A stretch of 36,248 nt of DNA from a virus (Duplodnaviria > Caudoviricetes): positions 1 to 36,248 of IMG/VR virus record IMGVR_UViG_3300025103_000070. One strand, 5' to 3'. The translations under genes and the position numbers were made by a program. The stretch's first letter is position 1; each line of letters starts with the position of its first letter. This document shows, piece by piece, positions 1-9,228 of this stretch. The notes under the pieces are model-generated. The model was not told the origin of the DNA. It was given only the letters and a program-made list of their open reading frames with translations, and searched no databases.

Positions 1-86
1 AAGGTACAACAACTGGTAAAACAGCAGATTTAAACAATATTAGTAATTTAACAGCTCCTGTCGCTTGGTACAGAATGGGGGATTAA
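1..86 (+). CDS. 3' end of an upstream LamG/concanavalin A-like virion protein (partial)
   Basis: The frame from position 3 reads GTTTGKTADLNNISNLTAPVAWYRMGD*. The P-x-A-W-Y-R/K ending matches the domain ends in the next gene (PPIAYYPLG, LRAWYKL, PTGWWSL). Confidence 0.7.
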   Translation, partial: GTTTGKTADLNNISNLTAPVAWYRMGD

Positions 87-95
87 AATAATTAT

Positions 96-2927
96 ATGGC
101 AACAGAGTGGATATCACCAACATGGCGAATGCCAAATGATAAGAACCAAAGTAAGTTTGAGAACTATAGTTTAGATACGTCGGGAACATCAGAAGGAATA
201 AACGTTGGGTCAATGGCTGATTTATTTGGAACTGCTTTAGTAACTTATAACACTAGTTATTCAATTTGGATTAAACCTGAATTTGATTATAACACTGGTA
301 CTTATCAAACTTTTTTTGGTAACTTAACTTCAGGAGACGATGCTGTGCTTTTATATTATCAAACAGCGAGCGATAAATGGCGATTTTTAGTAGGAGATGG
401 ATCTGGTTTTAACTATATAGAAAGCACAGTAATAACCAGCAATGAAGAGTTAGGTAAAGGAAATTGGCAACATCATTGTGTGGTTTTTGACACTGTAAAT
501 AATAATGCTTATTATTATATTAATAATCAACAAGTAAATACTTCTACTTCTTTACCTAAAAAAATATCTACTAATGCTGATTTTTATATAGGTAAAAAAT
601 GGGATCTCACAAGCGGAGCTTGGGTAGGTGAGTTAACTCAAGCTTGTATTTTTAATTATGCTTTATCTACCAATCAAAGAAATTATCTATACAACTCAGG
701 TACTCCACAAAATCCTATGGCTATATCTGGACAACCACCTATAGCTTATTATCCTTTAGGTGGGTCAAGTACTGGTAGCTCGTCAACTTTGACGATCCCA
801 AACGAATCAGTGCCAAGTGCAACTGTTTTTGATTTTAACAATAGTGAAACAATAAATTGTGGTTATTTAGATTTTTTAAGTAATGCAACAAAAGCAACTT
901 TTTCTTTTTGGGCAAAAAAAGAATCATCAATAGCTTTAAATCAAATTTTTGGTGTTCAAAGTTCAAGTAGCGATAGAATGGGTTTTGTTATTCCTTCATC
1001 AAATCAAGCGGCTTTTTATATTAATAGCGTAGGTTCCACAATTAATAATTTTATTCCCAGCGAGGGATGGTATCATATTGTGATAGTTTGGGATGCAAGT
1101 GAATCTACAGCGTTAGATAGGGTGAAAATATATTTAAATAATAGTGCTACATCTTGTGGTGATGCAGGTAATCCAAGTAGTTTTAGTGCTATGAATGCTG
1201 ACTTCCAACTTGGTCAATTTAGCACGCAGTATTTAACAGGGCAGTTAAGTAATTTTCAAATATGGGATACTAGTTTAAGTTCTACAGAAGTAGCAACACT
1301 ATACAACAACGGTGTTCCATTATTATCAGGTACACAACCTGAAGAAGCTAATCTCAGAGCTTGGTATAAACTAAATGTTGATACTAGCACTTGGGATGGA
1401 GCTGATTGGATTATAGGAGAAGCACAAGCTAATTATTCTAGTGCTTTAAATTTTGTTAATAGTGAAAATGATAGTGTTGATGTAGCAGACAGTTCAAGTT
1501 TGAAAATACAAGAACAAATAACTATATGCGCTTGGGTTAATCTTGATAATTATTCAAGTTATACAAATATAATAGACAAGCAGTGGGATGGAGCTGACAG
1601 GTCTTATTTGTTTAGAGTGTACAGTAACAAACCTCAATTTTTGCTTGCAAATGCGTCAGGTTCAAGTTGGACTACAGTTAACTCAAGCAGTACTTTAGAC
1701 TATAATGAGTGGTATTTTTTATCAGCAGTTTATGATGGTTCTGAAATGAAAATTTATATAAATGGTATTGCTGATGGAACACCTGTAAGTAAAACAGATA
1801 ACATATCTCCAAACAATTCAGCATTATCTATAGGTAACGCATCTTTATATACTCACGGATGGAATGGTATGTTGAGTAATGTAATGCTATTTAACACTGG
1901 TCTTTCACAGTCTGATATAACAACTTTATACAATAATGGCAATCCTGTTACTGATTTATCAAGTTTTTCAAGTGCAGTTTCTTGGTGGAAATTAAATAAC
2001 TTAACTACAGGAATACAAGATAGTGCTGGAAGCAACAATGGAACTAACAACGGAGCTACTGTTACAGATATTCAAGTTTCTACACTAAACGGTACTAGCG
2101 ATGGTATGACTACAGCAAATTTAGTTAACTCTGATTTAACTCGTAGTATTCCGTATAGTAGTTATAGTATGGAGTTCGATGGGGTAGACGATGAAATTAA
2201 TTTTAGCTCTACTAACGACTTAGGTTTAAACAACACAGTTAGCATGTGGGTTAATTTAGACAGTGGTTATAGTGGAGCTTTATTAGGAGAATCTTCCTAT
2301 GGCTCTACTGGATATTTTTTACTTCCTTACGCCACAGGATTTTTTGTTAGAATTGGAGCAACTTCAGCTTCAGCTACAAACGTACATACCTATTTAACTG
2401 CTGGTTCTTGGCATAATTTAACTGTTGTTAGAAACGCTGGTAATTTTCTTTTTTATGTAGATGGTGCTTTCATAGAAACAGTTGCATTATCAAGCACTAC
2501 TACAACTAAGTTTGATATTATAGGTAATAGTCATACAGGAGCTGACCCTATAGAAGGTAACATTTCTAACGTTTGTGGTTTTAATTCTATACTAACAGAA
2601 GATCAAATATTAACTATATATAATGGTGGTGTTCCAAATGATATTTCAAGTTTGTCCCCAACGGGATGGTGGAGTTTAGCAGATGATAGTTATTTTAATG
2701 GAACAGACTGGATATGTCCAGACTTAGGTAGTGGTGGTAATAATGGAACAAGTAGTGGCATGGGTGGATCAGAACTAGTGGGTGATGCTCCTGGTGGTTC
2801 TGCGAACGGAATTGCTACAAACATGGATATCCCAACTAACCTAAAAGGTGATGCACCTAACTCATCTAGCAATGCTTTTTCAGTGAATATGGATTCACAG
2901 GATAGAGTTGCGAGTGTTCCTTCGTAA
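96..2927 (+). CDS. Multi-LamG (concanavalin A-like) domain virion protein, probable receptor-binding or fibre protein
   Basis: 943 aa with four LamG-like repeats: S-x-W-I/V, W-x-H/F-x-x-x-V, YING/YVDG, G-x-L-SN-x-x-x-F/W, L-S/T-x-x-x-I/V-x-T-LYN-x-G-x-P. Confidence 0.8.
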   Translation: MATEWISPTWRMPNDKNQSKFENYSLDTSGTSEGINVGSMADLFGTALVTYNTSYSIWIKPEFDYNTGTYQTFFGNLTSGDDAVLLYYQTASDKWRFLVGDGSGFNYIESTVITSNEELGKGNWQHHCVVFDTVNNNAYYYINNQQVNTSTSLPKKISTNADFYIGKKWDLTSGAWVGELTQACIFNYALSTNQRNYLYNSGTPQNPMAISGQPPIAYYPLGGSSTGSSSTLTIPNESVPSATVFDFNNSETINCGYLDFLSNATKATFSFWAKKESSIALNQIFGVQSSSSDRMGFVIPSSNQAAFYINSVGSTINNFIPSEGWYHIVIVWDASESTALDRVKIYLNNSATSCGDAGNPSSFSAMNADFQLGQFSTQYLTGQLSNFQIWDTSLSSTEVATLYNNGVPLLSGTQPEEANLRAWYKLNVDTSTWDGADWIIGEAQANYSSALNFVNSENDSVDVADSSSLKIQEQITICAWVNLDNYSSYTNIIDKQWDGADRSYLFRVYSNKPQFLLANASGSSWTTVNSSSTLDYNEWYFLSAVYDGSEMKIYINGIADGTPVSKTDNISPNNSALSIGNASLYTHGWNGMLSNVMLFNTGLSQSDITTLYNNGNPVTDLSSFSSAVSWWKLNNLTTGIQDSAGSNNGTNNGATVTDIQVSTLNGTSDGMTTANLVNSDLTRSIPYSSYSMEFDGVDDEINFSSTNDLGLNNTVSMWVNLDSGYSGALLGESSYGSTGYFLLPYATGFFVRIGATSASATNVHTYLTAGSWHNLTVVRNAGNFLFYVDGAFIETVALSSTTTTKFDIIGNSHTGADPIEGNISNVCGFNSILTEDQILTIYNGGVPNDISSLSPTGWWSLADDSYFNGTDWICPDLGSGGNNGTSSGMGGSELVGDAPGGSANGIATNMDIPTNLKGDAPNSSSNAFSVNMDSQDRVASVPS

Positions 2928-2937
2928 AAAAGAAATT

Positions 2938-2970
2938 AAACAAGTAAATATATAAATAACAAGTAATTAA
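2938..2970 (+). promoter_or_regulatory. Two degenerate copies of the candidate late promoter motif (AACAAGTAAATATA, AACAAGTAATTAA)
   Basis: Intergenic, and similar to the AACAAGTGATTATA found at 13776 and 19906. Confidence 0.45.
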
Positions 2971-2987
2971 CAAATAACAATTAAACA

Positions 2988-3236
2988 ATGGCAACAACTT
3001 ATGCAGTAATTAACTTAGACGATACAAATGCTATTTTGTTCAGTCAAGTAAATCAAAGTTCAGCTCAGACAATGAGAAGGAACTTAGCTAATACGCAAGG
3101 TTTACTGTCTTACCAAGTTGAACCTAGTTTTATCACTAATGGTTCATTAACTCCGGTTGAGACATTGAATCATGAAGAAGCGTTAGCGTTGATGGCAACT
3201 CCAGCTTGGTCGGATCCAAATCCCCCAACTGAGTAA
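2988..3236 (+). CDS. Small hypothetical protein, possibly a fibre-associated or chaperone protein
   Basis: 82-aa ORF with an A-rich leader, directly after the LamG gene. Confidence 0.65.
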   Translation: MATTYAVINLDDTNAILFSQVNQSSAQTMRRNLANTQGLLSYQVEPSFITNGSLTPVETLNHEEALALMATPAWSDPNPPTE

Positions 3237-3263
3237 ATAAATAAAACAATCAAATTTAATTAA

Positions 3264-3524
3264 ATGGAAAACAAAATCACAGACGAGCAATTGTCTACAA
3301 TTCAAGAGCAACAAAATAATTTATCGCAAGTAATAAATGAAATAGGGGTATTAGAGACAAGAAAACACGCTTTGTTACATCAAGTTGCTGAAATTAACAC
3401 AGATATAGAAGAAGTTAAAACTGAGTTAGAAAAAGAATATGGTGCAGTAAACATTAATTTAGAAGACGGTACCTATACTGAAATAACAAAAGAAGAGGGA
3501 GAACCAGCTGTTAGTCATGTCTAG
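3264..3524 (+). CDS. Hypothetical coiled-coil protein
   Basis: 86 aa with a heptad pattern and C-terminal EKEYGAVNINLEDG. Confidence 0.7.
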   Translation: MENKITDEQLSTIQEQQNNLSQVINEIGVLETRKHALLHQVAEINTDIEEVKTELEKEYGAVNINLEDGTYTEITKEEGEPAVSHV

Positions 3525-3744
3525 TGTAATAAGAAAAATTAGTATTGGTGCAGATTATAAAAACGAAGCAATGCATTATGCTGTAAGCCAGCAAGTGTAT
3601 GGTGGTCATACTATATGTAATATATTACACAATGAACAAGATAATTCGTATAATATATACATAAAAAAGAATGATGAAGTTCTTCCTTGGAAAAAGTTCA
3701 ATTCTAATATGGCAGTTTCAGTTGAATATGATCTTGAATACTAA
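3517..3744 (+). CDS. Hypothetical phage protein
   Basis: 75 aa. Overlaps the upstream gene by 8 nt and is TAATG-coupled to the downstream gene. Confidence 0.75.
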   Translation: MSSVIRKISIGADYKNEAMHYAVSQQVYGGHTICNILHNEQDNSYNIYIKKNDEVLPWKKFNSNMAVSVEYDLEY

Positions 3745-4349
3745 TGAAAACTATATATAGGTTTTTAGTTAAACCTAAAGAAGAGAGATACGATAATAAA
3801 ATAAAAGTAGGGGATAAAGAATTAATTACTAACACAAGAATAGAAACATTCCAATCTGTTAGTAAAAGAGCAATTGTAGAAGTTGTCCCTGAATATTTTA
3901 AAACTGGTATCCGACCTGGTGATGAAATAATTATTCATCACAATGTATTTCGTAGATTCTACGATATGAAAGGTAAAGAAAAGAATAGTGCTTCTTTTTT
4001 TAAAGATGATTTATTCTTTTGTGATATGGAACAGATATATTTATATAAGAAAAACAATGAATGGATTTCTAATTTAAACTATTGTTTCGTCCACCCTATA
4101 TTATCTACTGATGACTTTAGTACGTTTAAAGAACAATCTAATCTTGGAATACTAAAATATGGCAATAGCTCCTTAGAAGCCAAAGGAATAACCCCTGGAG
4201 CACTTATAACTTTCACTCCAAATTCTGAATTTGAATTTATAATAGATAGTGATCGTTTGTATTGTATGAAATCTAATGATATAGCCTTGACACATGAATA
4301 CCAAGAAGACAAAGTTAAATATAATCCAAGCTGGGCAAAGAGCTGTTGA
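3744..4349 (+). CDS. GroES-like co-chaperonin with two tandem GroES-like units
   Basis: First unit: RFLVKP...AIVEVVP...GIRPGDEIII. Second unit: YCFVHPI...GILKYG...GITPGALITF...FIIDSDRLYCMKSNDI. Both follow the GroES strand pattern. Confidence 0.6.
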   Translation: MKTIYRFLVKPKEERYDNKIKVGDKELITNTRIETFQSVSKRAIVEVVPEYFKTGIRPGDEIIIHHNVFRRFYDMKGKEKNSASFFKDDLFFCDMEQIYLYKKNNEWISNLNYCFVHPILSTDDFSTFKEQSNLGILKYGNSSLEAKGITPGALITFTPNSEFEFIIDSDRLYCMKSNDIALTHEYQEDKVKYNPSWAKSC

Positions 4350-4575
4350 GGAATTAATTAAAGTAGCAAAAGAACCTATTGTAGATTCTGGAGATGATGT
4401 TTCAGCAGATAGATTAAAAAATGCAGCTGCAACTAAAAAGTTAGCTATATTTGATGCTTTTGAAATCCTCACAAGAATAGAAACTGAGAAAGAACTATTA
4501 GAGGATAAACCTAAAAAAGAAGATAAAAAAGAAGAAAGATCTTTTAGAGGTTTTGCCGAAGGGAGGAGTAAGTGA
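4294..4575 (+). CDS. Putative terminase small subunit
   Basis: 93-aa helical protein that overlaps the TerL GTG start. The functional call is positional only. Confidence 0.45.
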   Translation: MNTKKTKLNIIQAGQRAVEELIKVAKEPIVDSGDDVSADRLKNAAATKKLAIFDAFEILTRIETEKELLEDKPKKEDKKEERSFRGFAEGRSK

Positions 4576-6812
4576 GTTACGAGCAAACACTTTGGAAAGA
4601 AGTAAAAGATGTTGTAAACCCTAAGATACTTAAGAAGCAAAATAGATTTAAGAAATGGGAGTATGGTTATAATCCAGATTATGACTTTATAGTAATTAGT
4701 AAAACTGGTAAGATTGGACAAATCATTGAGATTCAAAACCTACGTATTGCATTACCGGCAGAAGACGAATGTTTTAAACGAAGTGAAGTTAAAGAGAAAC
4801 AATACTGGGAAAAACAAGAATACCCAAAAGAATTAAGTAGAATAAAGAGTAGATTTGATTGGGAGGAATATCCAAATGATTTTAAAGAAAAGTGGTACGA
4901 CTATATTGACAATGAATTCAAAAAACGAGACGAGGGTTATTGGTTTTTTAATAACGGTAATCCTACTTATATTACTGGTACTCATTACATGTACTTGCAA
5001 TGGTCAAAGATCGATATCGGATCACCTGAATATAGAGAAGCAAATAGACTCTTCTTTATATTCTGGGAAGCTTGTAAAGCAGATACCAGGTGTTATGGAA
5101 TGTGCTATCTTAAGAACAGACGGTCTGGTTTCTCCTTTATGTCATCAGCAGAACTTGTTAATCAAGCAACAATCTCAAGTGATGCAAGATATGGTATTCT
5201 CTCAAAAAGTGGAGCAGATGCTAAAAAGATGTTCACAGATAAAGTTGTACCAATCTCGATTAACTATCCGTTTTTCTTCAAGCCGATCCAAGATGGTATG
5301 GATCGTCCTAAAACCGAACTGGCATACAGAGTTCCGGCATCTAAACTTACACGTAGAAAACTGGAGACGAACGAACAGCTTAAAGAACTTCAAGGATTAG
5401 ATACTACAATTGATTGGAAAAATACAGGGGATAACTCTTACGATGGTGAGAAATTAAAAATATTAGCCCATGATGAAAGTGGTAAGTGGGAAAGACCTGA
5501 TAATATATTAAACAACTGGCGAGTTACAAAAACTACATTGCGACTAGGAAGAAGGATCGTAGGTAAGTGTATGATGGGCTCAACTTCAAACGCATTAGAT
5601 AAAGGTGGAGACAACTTCAAAAAATTATACTACAATTCAGACGTTACTCAAAGAAATAGAAACGGACAAACAAGTTCGGGACTCTATTCTTTATTCATCC
5701 CTATGGAATGGAATTACGAAGGATTCATGGATTCTTTTGGATCACCTGTCTTCATTACGCCAAAAGATAGAACGATTGCAGTCGATGGTCTCCCAATTAC
5801 AATCGGAGTCATCGAACACTGGGAAAACGAAGTCGAAGGATTAAAATCTGATCAAGATAGTTTAAACGAATATTACAGACAATTTCCCCGTACTGAACAA
5901 CACGCTTTTAGAGATGAAACTAAACAAAGTTTATTTAATTTAGTAAAAATCTACGAACAGATAGATTATAATGAAGAGTTAAATAATAAAGTTAACGTTA
6001 CAACTGGAACGTTTCAATGGGAAAGAGGAATAAAAGATACTAAAGTTATATTTCATCCTAAAAAAGATGGTAGATTTAGAATTAGTTGGGTTCCTGATAA
6101 AAATATCCAAAACAATGTGATTATAAAAAATGGAATTAAACACCCTGGAAACGATCATATCGGAGCATTTGGTTGTGATTCTTATGATATTAGTGGCACT
6201 GTCGACGGTAAAGGGTCTAATGGATCACTTCATGGATTAACTAAGTTTTCTATGGAAAATGTTTTACCTTATCACTTTTTCTTAGAATATATTGCACGTC
6301 CTCAAACAGCAGAAATATTTTTTGAAGATGTACTTATGGCATTAGTATTTTACGGCATGCCTATACTTTGTGAAAATAATAAACCTAGACTTTTATATTA
6401 TTTAAAGCGTAGAGGTTATAGAGGATTTTCTATAAGTAGACCTGATAAAACATGGAATAAACTTTCCACTACAGAAAAAGAAATAGGGGGAATACCAAAT
6501 TCAAGTGAAGATATAAAACAAGCACATGCAGCTGCAATCGAGAGTTATATAGAAGATTATGTTGGTTTTAGAGGAGAAGAGTGTGGAGATATGTACTTTC
6601 AAAGAACATTAGAAGATTGGGCAAAATTCAATATAAATAATAGAACTAAGCATGATGCTACAATAAGTTCAGGTTTAGCAATTATGGCTTGTAATAAGAA
6701 TAAGTATAGACCAACAGCAACTAGAACAAAGAAAAAAATAGATTTAGGAATATCTACATATGATAACACGGGATCGACGTCTAAAATAAATAATATACAT
6801 GATTTACACTAA
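4572..6812 (+). CDS. terL: Terminase large subunit
   Basis: Walker A-like KNRRSGFS, Walker B ILAHDESGKW, coupling motif MGST, RNase H-like nuclease motif FGCDSYD and a C-terminal HD. Lies directly upstream of the portal. GTG start. Confidence 0.92.
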   Translation: MSYEQTLWKEVKDVVNPKILKKQNRFKKWEYGYNPDYDFIVISKTGKIGQIIEIQNLRIALPAEDECFKRSEVKEKQYWEKQEYPKELSRIKSRFDWEEYPNDFKEKWYDYIDNEFKKRDEGYWFFNNGNPTYITGTHYMYLQWSKIDIGSPEYREANRLFFIFWEACKADTRCYGMCYLKNRRSGFSFMSSAELVNQATISSDARYGILSKSGADAKKMFTDKVVPISINYPFFFKPIQDGMDRPKTELAYRVPASKLTRRKLETNEQLKELQGLDTTIDWKNTGDNSYDGEKLKILAHDESGKWERPDNILNNWRVTKTTLRLGRRIVGKCMMGSTSNALDKGGDNFKKLYYNSDVTQRNRNGQTSSGLYSLFIPMEWNYEGFMDSFGSPVFITPKDRTIAVDGLPITIGVIEHWENEVEGLKSDQDSLNEYYRQFPRTEQHAFRDETKQSLFNLVKIYEQIDYNEELNNKVNVTTGTFQWERGIKDTKVIFHPKKDGRFRISWVPDKNIQNNVIIKNGIKHPGNDHIGAFGCDSYDISGTVDGKGSNGSLHGLTKFSMENVLPYHFFLEYIARPQTAEIFFEDVLMALVFYGMPILCENNKPRLLYYLKRRGYRGFSISRPDKTWNKLSTTEKEIGGIPNSSEDIKQAHAAAIESYIEDYVGFRGEECGDMYFQRTLEDWAKFNINNRTKHDATISSGLAIMACNKNKYRPTATRTKKKIDLGISTYDNTGSTSKINNIHDLH
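4912..5400 (+). CDS. Candidate overprinted gene in the +1 frame of terL, a membrane-anchored or lipoprotein-like protein of 162 aa
   Basis: The frame is open from 4845 to 5400. The ATG at 4912 gives MNSKNETRVIGFLITVILLILLVLITCTCNGQ. The overlapping TerL codons avoid TTA entirely. Confidence 0.5.
   Translation: MNSKNETRVIGFLITVILLILLVLITCTCNGQRSISDHLNIEKQIDSSLYSGKLVKQIPGVMECAILRTDGLVSPLCHQQNLLIKQQSQVMQDMVFSQKVEQMLKRCSQIKLYQSRLTIRFSSSRSKMVWIVLKPNWHTEFRHLNLHVENWRRTNSLKNFKD
5605..5844 (+). CDS. Candidate second overprinted gene in the +1 frame of terL, a 79-aa coiled-coil protein
   Basis: GTG start and heptad LSSLRQKIERLQSMVSQLQSE. The overlapping TerL codons are strongly enriched in C-ending forms (GTC, ATC, CTC, TTC, TAC, AAC). 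Confidence 0.5.
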   Translation: METTSKNYTTIQTLLKEIETDKQVRDSILYSSLWNGITKDSWILLDHLSSLRQKIERLQSMVSQLQSESSNTGKTKSKD

Positions 6813-9201
6813 TGGTAATAGTTCATTTCCAGACCAGGTAGTACCTCAAGCTGAGAAAGAAACTTATGAATATGGACTACAAGTAGGTAGAGCTATTGAG
6901 GGAGAATGGTTCTCTGCTGGTCGGACTAATAATAGATTTTCCACTTATTATAATAATTTTCATAATAGAAGATTATATGCGAGAGGGGAACAATCAATTC
7001 AAAAATATAAAAATGAATTATCTATCAATGGTGATTTATCTTATTTAAATTTAGATTGGAAACCGGTTCCTATTATACCTAAATTTGTAGATATATTAGT
7101 AAATGGTATTTCTTCTAGAGATTATGAAATAAATGCTTATGCTCAAGATCCTGAATCTGTGTTTAAAAGAACTAAATATGCCGAAGGATTATTAAGAGAC
7201 ATAAACGCTGAGCAATATCTTAATAAAGTTCAAGAAACTTTAGGATTAGATTTATTTTCATATAAAGATAGAGAAAAAGCTCCTCAAGATACTAGTGAAT
7301 TAGAAGTACATATGCAGTTGGATTATAAACAATCCATAGAAGTAGCAGAAGAAGAAGTTATTAACAACATTCTAGCTAAAAATAAATATGATTTAATTAA
7401 TCGTAGGTTAAATTATGACTTAACTGTATTAGGTATAGCGGCGGTAAAAACCACGTGGAATAGAGCTGAAGGAGTGGTGGTGGATTATGTAGATCCAGCT
7501 CGTATGGTATATTCATATACAGAAGATCCTAATTTTGAAGATATATGGTATGTAGGTGAAGTTAAGAATTTAACATTACAAGAAGTTAAAAAACAATTCC
7601 CATACTTATCTGATGAAGAATTAGAAAGAATACAAAAATACCCAGGTAATTCTAATTATAGTATAGGATGGAATGGTAGATATGATGAAAATAACATCCA
7701 AGTTTTATTTTTTGAATATAAGACATACGTTGATCAAGTTTTTAAAATAAAAGAAACTTCTACAGGGTTAGAGAAAGCGTTAGAAAAACCTGATACCTTT
7801 ATACCGCCAGAAAATGATAACTTTCAAAGAGTATCTAGAGCAATTGAAGTATTATACACTGGAGCTAAAATAGTTGGCCATGATAATATGTTAGACTGGA
7901 AGATGTCTGAAAACATGACTAGACCTACCTCTAATTTAGCTAAAGTAAATATGAATTATGCTATATGTGCTCCTAGAATGTATAAAGGACGTATAGAATC
8001 TACAGTAAGCAGGATAACAGGTTTTGCTGATATGATTCAATTGACTCATTTAAAATTACAACAAGTATTATCCAGAATGGTACCAGATGGGGTATATTTA
8101 GATGTGGATGGTTTAGCAGAGGTAGATCTAGGGAATGGCACAAATTACAACCCAAAAGAAGCTTTAAACATGTATTTCCAAACTGGTAGTATTGTAGGTA
8201 GATCTATGACTCAAGATGGAGATATGAACCCTGGTAAAGTTCCTATTCAAGAATTATCAAGTTCTAATGGTGGAGCTAAAATGCAGAGTCTTATACAAAC
8301 TTATCAATATTATTTACAAATGATAAGAGATGTAACCGGGTTAAACGAAGCTAGAGATGCAAGTACACCGGATTCAGATTCACTAGTTGGGTTACAAAAA
8401 ATTGCTGCAGCAAATTCAAACGTTGCAACACGTCATATATTACAATCTAGTTTATATCTTACTTTAAGAGCGTGTGAGAATATAACTCTTCGCGTAGCTG
8501 ATAGTTTACAATTTCCTTTAACTAGACAAGCTTTAGAATCTAGTATATCTAAATTTAATGTAGGAACTTTAGATGAGTTATCTTCAGTTAATATACATGA
8601 TTTTGGTATATTTTTACAACTAGAACCAGACGAAGAGGAAAAAGCATTATTAGAGCAAAATATTCAAGTAGCTTTACAATCTGGGCAAATTTTCTTAGAA
8701 GATGCTATCGATATTAGAGAAGTTAATAATTTACAATTAGCTAACGCTGTTTTAAAGCAAAGAAGAAAAAGAAAACAAAAACAAGATCAACAGCAACAAC
8801 AGCAGATGATTCAAGCTCAAGCACAAGCAAATGCTCAAGCTGCAGAGCAAGCTGCATTAGCGGAAACTCAAAAACAACAAGTTATATCAGAACAAAACAT
8901 TAATTACGAAAAAGCAAAATCTGAATTTTCTATACAAAAGATGAGAGAAGAAGCTGAAATAAAGAAACAATTAATGGAAATTGAATTCAACTATGACATG
9001 CAACTTGCCAAGGTTAAAGTAGAAACAGAAAAACAAAGAGAAGTAGAAATAGAAGATAGAAAAGATAAAAGAACACAAATACAAGCAACTCAACAAAGTC
9101 AAATGATAAATCAAAGACAAAACGATTTATTACCAACTGATTTTGAGAATCAAAATGTAGAACAACCACAGAGTTTTGGTTTAGATAACACAATGTTATA
9201 A
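6799..9201 (+). CDS. Portal protein
   Basis: 800 aa between TerL and the scaffold/capsid genes. Contains PIIPKFVDILVNG, IRDVTGLNEARDA and a Q/A-rich C-terminal coiled-coil barrel like P22 or crAss-type portals. Confidence 0.88.
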   Translation: MIYTNGNSSFPDQVVPQAEKETYEYGLQVGRAIEGEWFSAGRTNNRFSTYYNNFHNRRLYARGEQSIQKYKNELSINGDLSYLNLDWKPVPIIPKFVDILVNGISSRDYEINAYAQDPESVFKRTKYAEGLLRDINAEQYLNKVQETLGLDLFSYKDREKAPQDTSELEVHMQLDYKQSIEVAEEEVINNILAKNKYDLINRRLNYDLTVLGIAAVKTTWNRAEGVVVDYVDPARMVYSYTEDPNFEDIWYVGEVKNLTLQEVKKQFPYLSDEELERIQKYPGNSNYSIGWNGRYDENNIQVLFFEYKTYVDQVFKIKETSTGLEKALEKPDTFIPPENDNFQRVSRAIEVLYTGAKIVGHDNMLDWKMSENMTRPTSNLAKVNMNYAICAPRMYKGRIESTVSRITGFADMIQLTHLKLQQVLSRMVPDGVYLDVDGLAEVDLGNGTNYNPKEALNMYFQTGSIVGRSMTQDGDMNPGKVPIQELSSSNGGAKMQSLIQTYQYYLQMIRDVTGLNEARDASTPDSDSLVGLQKIAAANSNVATRHILQSSLYLTLRACENITLRVADSLQFPLTRQALESSISKFNVGTLDELSSVNIHDFGIFLQLEPDEEEKALLEQNIQVALQSGQIFLEDAIDIREVNNLQLANAVLKQRRKRKQKQDQQQQQQMIQAQAQANAQAAEQAALAETQKQQVISEQNINYEKAKSEFSIQKMREEAEIKKQLMEIEFNYDMQLAKVKVETEKQREVEIEDRKDKRTQIQATQQSQMINQRQNDLLPTDFENQNVEQPQSFGLDNTML

Positions 9202-9228
9202 CACTATTATTAATTATTATATTATATT

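Noticed and set aside
4079-4736. Minus-strand ORFs of 77 and 187 aa over the GroES-like, TerS and TerL genes
   Set aside because: These are antisense shadows across well-supported + strand genes and have an implausible composition.
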